Origin: Octopus vulgaris
Taxonomy: Eukaryota
NCBI GenBank assembly: GCA_951406725.2
Contig: OX597816.1
Location: forward strand, 96,596,001 to 96,660,000
Direction: 5' to 3'
Length of the DNA stretch: 64,000 bases
Under the pieces are notes generated by a model that did not search any database, had not been told where the DNA came from, and worked only from the letters and a program-made list of their open reading frames with translations. Below, piece after piece: positions 13,921 through 25,028 of the stretch; position 1 is the stretch's first letter; the number at the start of each line of letters is the position of its first letter. A program made the position numbers and the translations under genes.

Positions 13921-14278
13921 TTCTCCACCTTCTACCCCTTAACTTTGTCACTAATGTTTTTTAGTATAACACCTACGCAAATTCCATAAACAAGCCTTTC
14001 AATAGAAATATTCTCCTGAATTAAACTGCGACTGCTAGCCGCCACTGACCATTCAAAATACGACCATCAGGGCACTCTCAGATTTTCCCACCCCCTTTTC
14101 TCATCAGCCTTCTTCTTCTACTACCCTACCAAGAACTCACAACGACCTCCAACACACAAGTGTAAACAAGGGAGTCAGAGAAAGGCAGAATGCCACTTAT
14201 ATCTGAACACTACTATAGAAATATTCCTTTAAAAAAACTTTTCTTCTAATTTTTCTAAATTTAATTATTTAATCGTTA

Positions 14279-14316
14279 CAGTTGAAAAGGTCTCAAAATG
14301 ACCGAAACCGGTACTG
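14279..14316 (+). ncRNA. minimal type I hammerhead ribozyme, U3:A8 core variant
   Basis: cag-TTGAAAA-ggtc-tcaaaat-gacc-GAAA-ccgg-TA-ctg: stems I and II, palindromic stem III ACCGGT, GUA cleavage triplet; located at the PLE 3' end. Confidence 0.72.
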
Positions 14317-14434
14317 AAATGTTCACTATAAAATTATTTTAGCATTTTCTATTTTTGACTTGTTTTTTCATATATAACAACTCGTGTGTTACTTTTCACC
14401 CTTATACATATATATATATATGTATATATATATA

Positions 14435-14793
14435 GGCGAAGGTATGGTTGTATAGCGCATTCATGACTAAGTGGTTAGAAGTTTGCTTACCAACCACATG
14501 GTTCAGGTTTCAATCCCTCTGCGTAGCACCTTCAGTCTTCTACTATAGCCTCAATCTGACCAGAGCCCTGTGAGTGGATTTGGTAGACGCAAACTGGAAG
14601 AAGCCCGTCATATATATATATATATATCACATCAATGTGTGTGTGCGCACCAGTATTTGTACTCCATTACTGTTTAACAACCGGTGTTTGTGTATTTACA
14701 TCTCCGTCATCTAACGGTTCGGCAAAGGGATCGATAGGATATGTACAAAGCTTGAAGGGAGCAAAAAGGTACTCAGGTCAATTTGTATGACTA
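14435..14793 (+). mobile_element. tRNA-derived SINE (second family, internal (TA)n)
   Basis: gtggttagaagtttgcttaccaaccacatggttcaggtttcaatccc head; gtgagtggatttggtagacg..gaagcccgtc body; related to the copies at 34590 and 59065. Confidence 0.85.
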
Positions 14794-15736
14794 CGTGTAT
14801 GTATATAGGTGTATGCGTGTGTACGTGTGTATTTGTGTGCATGTAGGTGTACGCATGTGACATACAGGCAACTCAACAGATAATGACAAAGGGAGAGAAA
14901 GAAATGAACAACTAAATTTAGCTAAACTTATGCATACAGAAATGTGAGTGTGTGCACACACGTACGTTTGTGTAGTATTTATAATCAATGGCTCACCATT
15001 TTGGTTCATTCATCGCCGTAAGATCTTTGGTATTGATTAGCCAATCATCGAAGTATACCACGCCCTTTATAAGTGGACAAATAAAATATCAAAACAACAA
15101 ATCTGAGAACTATCTAATCATATTCCTGGAAATCAATATTTTGTGCAAAAAAAAAAACAATACTTCGAAATGACATCAAAGGGACGCTACGAGACCAAAT
15201 TTCACCTAGTGACTCCTACAATGATGCAGTAAAACCCGTTTAATCACGTGGTGTTAGTAAACAGGAGCTCCTCCAAATATCTTCTGGAAGTTTACTCTAA
15301 ATAGTTTGCACCGTTAAACATAGACAAAAATTCTGTTACAATTTTCTCAAAATTTTCTTCGCTTAAGATCAACAATTAGACGCAAAACTTTAATAAGAAT
15401 ACAAAAGAACATAGCTCTAGCACTAACGCTTTCCTCTTGGTTTCGCTTACCAGAGTGCGACCATAGAAGCTGGTCTACCTAAAGACCATATGTATGGTAC
15501 ATATTTTATTAATATATATTTTCAATTGACTAAGTTACCTACTTTGATCAACTCTGTGTATTGTATATTTTTGTTTTTGTACATGCTGGTGTTGTTTCAC
15601 ACACCTGAACATGGAGGCATAGACAAACGGACACACACAAACACACAGATACACGCGCATATATACATACAAACACGGGGGTAGATAGACAGAGAGATAG
15701 ATATTGATTGTAATATTGACAAAGAGTCTAAATATT

Positions 15737-16089
15737 CTTTTCTACTCCTAGGCACAAAAGGATGAAAGGCAAAGTCGACATCGGTGGAATTTGAACTCAG
15801 AACGTAAAGACAGACGAAATGCCGCTAAGCATTTCTCCCAGCGTGCTAACGTTTCTTATTTCTTTATTGCCCACAAGAGGCTAAACATAGAGGGAACCAG
15901 CAAGGACAGACAAAAGGGTTCAGTCTATTACAACGACCCCACTGCGTAACTGGTACTTAATTTATCGACCTCGAAAGGATGAAAGGCAAAGTCGACCTCG
16001 GCAGAATTTGAACCCAGAATGTAACGGCAGACGAAATACCACAAAGCATTTCGCTCGGCGTGCTAACGTTTCTGCCAGCTCGCCGCCTT
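15737..16089 (-). mobile_element. dimeric SINE with ~16-bp TSD
   Basis: Two Meta-like cores; TSD caaagagtctaaatatt (15720-15736) and caaagtgtctaatatt (16090-16105). Confidence 0.9.
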
Positions 16090-16221
16090 CAAAGTGTCTA
16101 ATATTAAGAATGGGACTAGCGGTTTAAATTAAAACCACTACTTGATAGGATAATTAATTTTGCTCTCTCTGAAGAATGAATAGTAATGTCGACTTCAGAG
16201 GATAATTAATATTAATTTAAA

Positions 16222-16395
16222 ATTTTGGCACAAGGCCAGCAATTTCAGGAGCAGCTATTAGTCGATTATATCGGCCCCGAAAGTATTAAAAGAAAAGTCG
16301 ACGTCTATGCAATGGTAAATACACAGACGGTAAAGACGGACGAAATACCGCTAAGCATTATTCCTGGCGTGCTAATGATTCTGCAAGGTCGCCGT
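16222..16395 (-). mobile_element. older SINE copy
   Basis: ttggcacaaggccagcaatttc...gaaataccgctaagcat...gtcgcc. Confidence 0.75.
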
Positions 16396-16464
16396 CATAA
16401 AGATAATTACTATTCTAGGAAGTATCTAATATCTTTATAGATATTAAATGCTTCCTAGAATATT

Positions 16465-16599
16465 CTTTTCTACTCCAGGCACAAGGCCCGAAATTTTTAG
16501 GGAAGGGGCCAGTCGATTAGATCGACTTCAGTAGGCAACTGGTACTTAATTTATCGACCCCAAAAGGATGAAAGTCAAAGTTGACCTCGGCGGAATTTG
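16465..16599 (-). mobile_element. 5'-truncated SINE with 15-bp TSD
   Basis: gcttcctagaatatt (16450-16464) and gcttcgtagaatatt (16600-16614). Confidence 0.9.
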
Positions 16600-18414
16600 G
16601 CTTCGTAGAATATTAAATTGAATTGCATGTCTATAAGTATGGAAAGACAATAAGTATATCTAAATTAATATAAGTTTATATAATATATAAATTACCTAAA
16701 TGGAATCTTTATGGTTTTATTAAATTGGTGATTTTATTAAATTATGATTTCAAGTTCTTTTATGCAACACAAATTAAAACTATTCTCACCCACCTTATAC
16801 GGAAGTAATGTTAGTATAATTGACCAGAAAAATATATTCATTATTTCTATCTTACTGTTACATCCTGAAAGCCTGAATTTCGCAGGAGTGCTGATAAAAT
16901 CAAGCATCTGGATTTCACGAATGTTGCTTTACTCAGGATATAAACTGTTGAAAATATTCAGTGAATATTTGATACTATAACGTATATTATGCAAACAGAT
17001 ATATATTAGGCGTTAATATTACTAAAAAGCACATAAACAGCACGCATGAATTTGTATTCGTGATTACTTTTCTGTGACAAACACAGAATATTCTCTTCAG
17101 GAGAATGAATGGCAACTGCGATGGGAGGAATAATATTCACAGTAAATACTGACATCAAGAAATTAAATAAAGAGTTACTAGATGAGTAATATGGTTATTG
17201 TAGGAGATATAAAAGAAAAGGGTGCGAACAGAGAAAACGCGAAGCCAAGAGAAATAAGTATATTAGCTGGTAAAGAGAAATAAATCATGCGTGGAGATGG
17301 GGGAATAAGGATGAGGAAGTAAGGAAGGAAGGAAAAGAAGTGACGGGAAAAGGTATATATAAAGACAGTGTTAAGAAAGAGAAGATGAAAAGAAAAGAGG
17401 GAAAGAACAGATGAGAGGGACACTCAGTTAGTGCAAGATGTGTAACTTTCAGCTGGGAGGGTTACAAAGCTAAGAAATGATAAATGTTGTGTAGAGTGGA
17501 CAAATGAAGAAAATTCATAATACGGGAGAAAGGAATGGCCCACAAAAGAAACACCCTGCCATTCATTCTTCTCAAGAACATAATCTCTGATTGTCACATA
17601 AAAATCCATGTGTGATGTTCATACATTGCTTATACGATTTTGAGAAATATTGCCTCATAATATACACCTGATTTATAATATGCATTATAAGATCAAATAT
17701 TCAGTGAATATTTGAAACAGCTGTAAAGATATATTTACATAATTTACACATCATAGATACATGTAACACTTAAAAATGTATTCCTTTCACCTATTGATGC
17801 TTGTTTATCTTTGCACTTTATATGCGTGAGTGTGAAGATAGACAGATAAAGAGAAAAACAAGTAAACAGGTGGTGGTGGTGGTGGTGGTGGTAGAAATAG
17901 GGATGTGGTAGTGGTGGTGTTTGTACTTTGTAATTGTTTTTAATGATCTAGTTTTTTTTTCATTCGCAAAATATGCATTTTTTAAAAGGAAGTAAAAAAA
18001 ATTGAAAATCGGCTATAATAGTGTAGTCTTCCAGTCCCATTGCTTTGAAGGTATGATGTTGTAGAGAAAAAAAAATGGAGGAAAAAGTTACAGAGATTTA
18101 AAAATCGAAACACTGTGTATTTTTAGCCAATAGCGTTCGTTGTACCATGTGAAATTAATAGTTTAGCGTCTGACCTGTTCATTGTAGGTTTCTAAATAAA
18201 CAGAAATACCTAATAAAATCAACATGTATCATCTTACTGCTTCTTTTGTCTCTTCATTGATTGTATGTTTTTATTATTTTAAAATATTTATCATATTATT
18301 TGTCTGCATGCGTTTACTTCATGTGTATTTCAGTATTATGTATACCTGTCATGTATTTGTGTACATCATTAATATACAAGTGCATGTGTGTGTGAGAGAG
18401 TATGTGTGTATGTG

Positions 18415-18586
18415 TGCGTGTGTGTAAAGGAGGCGTCTGTCTCCAAAACTCCAAAGTTGAGTAACGTTTTCATACTTGGATTTGCAAACTATGATAAGAA
18501 TACCACTGGTCAATAAAGAAATCCAAGCATGAAACGTTACTCAACTTTGGAGTTTTGGAGACAGACGCCTCCTTTTCACACACGCA
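18415..18586. repeat. near-perfect inverted repeat (~68-bp arms, ~35-nt spacer)
   Basis: aaaggaggcgtctgtctccaaaactccaaagttgagtaacgttt and its exact reverse complement. Confidence 0.95.
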
Positions 18587-20763
18587 AGAAAAAGAATATC
18601 TTTATCTTATATGTTTTTGCATGCAGAATTCAAAACTAATGTCAAATTATCTGTATCACAGTTTCTCTGTTCCATGATATTCCTCTCATTTCCAGTTACG
18701 TGGGATAAATTTCAGTTAAGATATTGAAATGTGAAGCTAACAGTTTAAGAAATACTCCTAATTTAAATGTTTATGAATAGAATTAACCCAGTGAAATCAT
18801 AAATCCAGCTATCTGAGTTGATGCGTCCTTAAAGCTTGGCAATACTGAGTCGATGAGTCACCGACGCTTTGTCAGTACTATGCTTGAAGTGTAGGTGCGT
18901 GGTTCACATATTCCAATTCACCTTCATAATGCCAAGAAACTGTATAAACATCGCAAACAACCTTTGCTGTATATGAAAAATATGTAAAATATTAAGACAA
19001 TTCACGAAAAATATCTATAGTGAGATTCTAATTGATAAATATAAATTTTTATTAAAACAAAACACGCAGATGAAATAAATCTCATGATGTGAAGAATCAA
19101 CACAACATGCGGGTGAAGTGAAACACAACAGAAGGTGCGGTAGTCATGGTAACACGCCGTTAATGCTTCGCTGCCTGTTGATTGGCTAAAATAACCCAAA
19201 TTTCCCAACGTTAATTCCAAATAACATCACATTTTTTTTTAATTGACGAGATAAAGTAATTGGTTGATCGTAATTAAAATTCAGAGTTGCATCAATACAC
19301 CAAAAAAGTAATCTGAGCAAAATTAAAGGGGGTTCATTTTGCGAATGAAACAAACTAGATCCGGTTTTAATGAAGGTTGAATGCATTAAACATAATAAAG
19401 AAAAAAATATATCGCAAAATATAGTTAGCAACAGTAGGTAAAATAACTACTTTGCCTTGAGAAACTGTTTTTTTATGAGTTGTACAATGGAAATGGAATG
19501 AGTTGTAGAGCAACAATGGAAGACTCTCAAAGGTATATTGCATTTGTTTTAAAACCCATATTTTCTCCACTCTCGACAAGCAAATTAAGAAATTTCCTGA
19601 TTACATGAAAATGAAAAGTAAAATAGGTGGAATCACCCAACTCTGAAGCAATTATGTTATGAAAAACAAAGAGATGACATCTCAGACACTCTCAGCTTGG
19701 TTGAGAAGATTTATATTCAAGTAGCAAGGAATCGGTTATTAACAACAGAAGTGGAAATAGATGTTGATATTTTGTCTACTTGTTTGTTTTGTGTTTTTTT
19801 TTTATCTTTCTAATTCATGAAAAATATGCCTCGGGAATCAGGCAGAGCGATTCTGAAGATAGGCTGTGTTTATTGACACACTACTTATGTGAAGGAAGCA
19901 CATGCGTTTACGTACCATTTTGGATATACACTCCTACTTATGCACCATGAAATATATTCATATGTATGTGTGTGATTCGATATAAGCATATACACAAATG
20001 TAAACGCAGAAACATAAGCGTGCCAGCAAAAAATACGCAGTAATCAAAATTTTCATTAAGATATAAGTATTTCATTAAGTTCATATACGCAAATATATAA
20101 ATAAATATGCCTTAACACTACACATATGTTTATATATTCAATTAAATATGCATATCTACATATAATCATATATATATATATATAGAGAGAGAGAGAGGGG
20201 GGGCTATATTTATGCTTGTATCAATAAACCTTTACACATACATGTGTACGCGCACACAATGTGTGTATGAGATGCTTGTATGTATAAGTTTATATGCACA
20301 TGTATATTTGACACAAACAAACATACATATATACATCCATCCATACATACATACATGCATACATACATAGATACATACATACATACATGCATACATACAT
20401 ACATACATACATACATACATACATACATACATACATACATACATACACAGTCAGACAGATAAGTACACAGATACCTGAATGCATATTCCATTTCAAACTT
20501 CTTTATCAATATACACAGCGCCATGTTATATATACAACAACTTCTTGAAAGGTAATTATAGGTATTGGAATACAAAATCTTGAGCTCAAGATTGATCGGG
20601 CACCAGCGGGTATATGGATGCTTGTCATCACATAAGTTCGTGTGTACACGTGCAAATATGAATAGGGATATACATATATATGTGCTTAAGTGTGCAGGAA
20701 TATAAATATTCTAATATGCATAAGCATGCCGCATGTACATATATGTGTGTGTATGTGTATATG

Positions 20764-20813
<50 letters not shown>

Positions 20814-21220
20814 GACAGAGACAGACAGAAAGAGAGAAAGTAGGAGAGAGAGAGGGAGAGAGTGAAGAGAGAGATAACAAAATAGATAGACTGATAGATA
20901 AATCTGTGACTGATTGTTTTTATTGATAGTTTGATTATCGTTTTCATCCAGAAACAGGATGCAGGTAATAGACGACACATAGATTTTGTATGTATATCCT
21001 TGGTTCGAAGATGACGCTTCATAGATCGTAACGGTGAAGATGGATGTTTTCATCTTCGGTAAATTGAATTTATGTGTTCCCTAGATTTCTATTCCGTGCA
21101 TAGAATGGAGCATGCTGGTACCTCTGTTTATATCCAATTTGTAGGATTTTCTTCAATATATTAGTAACTATTTGCTTTTTATGTAAAAATACTCATAAGT
21201 CATTTTACAATTTATTTAAT

Positions 21221-21415
21221 GTGGCGTGTGGGCAAAATCGTTGGCACGCCGGACAAAGTAGTTAGCAGCATTTCATCTGTCTGTATGCTCTGTGTTCAAA
21301 GTCCGTCTAGGTAGGCCTTGCCTTGCATCCTTTCAGGATCAATGAACTGCGGTCGATATAATCGAATTCCTCTTCCCATAAGATGTCAGACCTTGTGCCT
21401 ATAGTAGGAAGAATA
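21221..21415 (+). mobile_element. degenerate SINE
   Basis: ggcaaaatcgttggcacgccgg head; ttgccttgcatcctttcagg core; cagaccttgtgcctatagtagg tail. Confidence 0.75.
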
Positions 21416-23249
21416 ACTTATTTAATAAAAAGATTATTGCGGAAAAAAGTGTATTGTGTGAGCTGTGCTCTATTATTTGAATGTACATAAAATATACTGT
21501 ATTAGTTTTGTTACCTAATCTGATAGTAACTGCTTTACGTATATACAATGTGGCTTCTGTTATTGCATTGAGAATTAATGTTACAGTGTACTGTGTTCGG
21601 TATTAATTCAAAGTATCTTGCGTTGGTGTAATCATTGTTCGTATGGAGATGTCTTTGAATTGAATAATGCTATAAGTTCTGGTATACTCGTTTATGTTTT
21701 CGCTTACGTTCTTTTGCATCATGCATAGAGTATCCATAAGTTTTGGTACGGGTTTACCCCCTACATCCGTCAACTTCCTTACTCATATGCCGAAAACGTG
21801 GTATTTTCATGTTTTTTTTTTTACTCTTTTGTAGTTTTTGAATGACACATTGGTCAGATATGGTCAATATGTCTACCACAGTACATATATCATCTTTGTC
21901 TTTCAACATAACTTGCAGGGTTCATTTGATCTCGTTCAATCTCTCTCCTCTCCATCTCTCGCTCTCTCTCTCTTTCTCTCTCTCTCTCCCTTTCTCTCTC
22001 CCTTTCAGTTTGGACAGACGTACTCCTAATTATCATAGCTAGGTTTTATCATATTTCACGCCTGCTTAAACCACTTGTCCACACTTTTCTTATGAATAGG
22101 TTGGTATATTGTCCAATGGGTATATCATCCTGTTTCGACATCTACGAGAATGTATCCTGTCTTTGCAAGAACTATGCGATCAATAATTTCTTCTGGTAAT
22201 ATTTTTAAGTGAGGTTGTTTAATTACTTTTGTAATGTTTTGTAGTTAGATATTGTTTCTTTCCAAAAAAGTCGGAACAACATCTTGTTTTTAATCGACAG
22301 CATTTCAGCCTTTGCTTCCTTTCTCACTGATGTACATCTCTGTCAATTATACGTTTTTTTTTCTTTTATATTATTTTGGGGTTCCATTTTCAGTTTTCTC
22401 TTTTGTATATTTTAACTGAAACTGTGGTTTATGATTAAGATGGCAAGCGTTTTTGTCCCTATTATCCTAGCAGCAACAAAACCTTCAACAGCTACACTGA
22501 CGAAAGCAACGTTACCATTACAAAGGCAAAGAATTCATCATTGGCCCTAGTCAATAAACGTACCGTTCAATCGAGAACGATGGTCAGTGAAAATGTCCAA
22601 GTGTTGTGATATCAAATCTGAGGAGCTATTACATCTCTACTTGAGAGGATGAACACTACCCCTACTCAAACGGTCTGCGATCGATATAATCGAATTCCTC
22701 TTCACATAAAATGTCAGACCTTGTTCCTATAGTAGGAAGAATTACTTATTTAATAAAAAAGATAATTGTGGAATCAGACAGAAAGTTTCTGTCTCACGTT
22801 TCATCACAAATTCATAAATTCCCGCAAGAGGTGTAGTTTGTAATCACATAGGTAACAAAGGGAGATAGGACAGAAGAGTTGGAGTCATATGTAACAGTGG
22901 TCAAGAACACCGGAACATTGGTTACAACCAGTGTTTCTTCTTTGTAATTTATCAAGATCTCACTCTTTTCATGGAATACCAGGTGCCTAGTGTCAGAATC
23001 GGCAATGCCTCCACAGCTGACTGGGATCAGACCAGAATTCTGAAAATAGAAGAGAAGAGAAAAAATATGACCTGAGTTCAATCACCAGCAGAACCGAAGG
23101 AGTACATCACAAATGTTCAAGGTTTTTTTTTTTATTACAATTGCTCTCAGAAGTGTGAGCAGATGCTGCCAGATGTTGAGCGTGGGAAACTTGAATTCTT
23201 CATTTGCTGTAAATTGACCACATTAGAATTTTTGTACATCATGTAGAGC

Positions 23250-24448
23250 GCTAAGAGGGGAGAGGTACCGCTTGTCAGGTGGTCCATTTGCCATCAGCAC
23301 TCGTTGCGTTGAGGACTGGGCATACCGTGGTTGAGGATGCGCAGGTATACACTGAGGCTGCGATATCTCCAGTGATACTTTAACGGTGGGCAAATGTGGT
23401 CGCCGTTTGTTGAACGCGCTTTTCTGCGCTTTTCGGCAGCTCGCTTTTCCGCAGCTACAGTTCTAGATCAGGCGTAGACCGAGGCAGAGGGCTTGGCACC
23501 TAAAGTGTCTCCAAGCTCTCACAGCCCTCGGCCAGTCATGCAATGCGGCTGGTAGAAGTTCCACTTTGGAGTTCTATACGGGATTAGTGGAAGGCAAGAG
23601 CGACGACGCACTCGGAGAGGTCTTGGGCGTCGAGAGGGATCAACTAGCTGGTCTCTTCCCGAGGACTTTAGGACCGGGAACTATGGATAACTTCAGAAAT
23701 CCCTGGCCTGGCAGTGTTATCGGGGTCGCTGCCGGCTTGAGCTCTTCGGGCATGGGTGTGCAGTCAGTCGGGCTTGACCGAGATGCACGCGGAAAGATAA
23801 AACCGTTCTGCATGCTCTCGTACAGTGTCCGCGCATTGCTGACTTGTGGATCTTTATCGAACAGTTATTGTCACGTGTAGGACGGATCCGGTTATCTTCA
23901 GAATCCATTGTGAAGATCGCCCCACCACTTTAATTTGGACGGGAAGGGAGGGCAAGTTTTCTCTGTCTGGTGGTTATGGCAAAAGAAGATGTGTGGTGAA
24001 CGCGATTGAAATGGTTGAAGACGAGTACCTTCCTCTTTGACCAAGGCCTCAATGGCGTTTTCAGGTTCTACCTGAAAAGGAAAATGAGGCTGGAGAGGGT
24101 AGCACTGTCACCCAGTAACTTCGTTGAAAGGTGGGTAAATGTGGCAAGAATAGCCTGCGTAAATGAGCCTACTTTAAGTCTGCGCTCGTAGGCCGGATGT
24201 AAGGGAGAAGGGAGAGTGCCTTTCTGAGGAGCCGATGGTGTTAAAGGGCCCAAAGTGCGTGAGGTCTTTTTGGTCACCTTACGGTGGAACTCTCCCGCCC
24301 CCCCCCCCCATTGGGGAAGCATATTGCTGATTTAATCTCTTTGCTAATATTTCTGTTTGTTTGCTGTTTACACGTTAAACTTCACTGTCCTTCGTCTGTG
24401 TAACGCCCTCTAAGTTTTGTATTCGACCCTGGTGGCCAATAAAGAAAG
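23250..24448 (+). mobile_element. Tx1/L1-clade LINE 3' fragment (ORF2 C-terminus with zf-RVT, 3'UTR, AATAAA)
   Basis: GEVPLVRWSIC...GLGIP; SLAWQCYRG..; PRCTRKDKTVLHALVQCPRIADLW; MAKEDVW*TR; AATAAA at ~24438 followed by (ATT)n. Confidence 0.88.
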
Positions 24449-24450
24449 TA

Positions 24451-24568
<118 letters not shown>

Positions 24569-24572
24569 ATCA

Positions 24573-25028
<456 letters not shown>

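Larger units (their letters stand above)
12346..14403 (+). mobile_element. 5'-truncated Penelope-like retroelement (RT + GIY-YIG + 3' region) inserted in (TA)n
   Basis: RT and GIY-YIG motifs; (TA)n on both sides; hammerhead motif near the 3' end. Confidence 0.93.

Noticed and set aside
14435-14530. tRNA gene
   Set aside because: The A/B-box head belongs to a SINE and there is no intact cloverleaf.
21490-22260. Possible decayed Penelope GIY-YIG on the minus strand
   Set aside because: Only faint motif resemblance; cannot be supported without a search.
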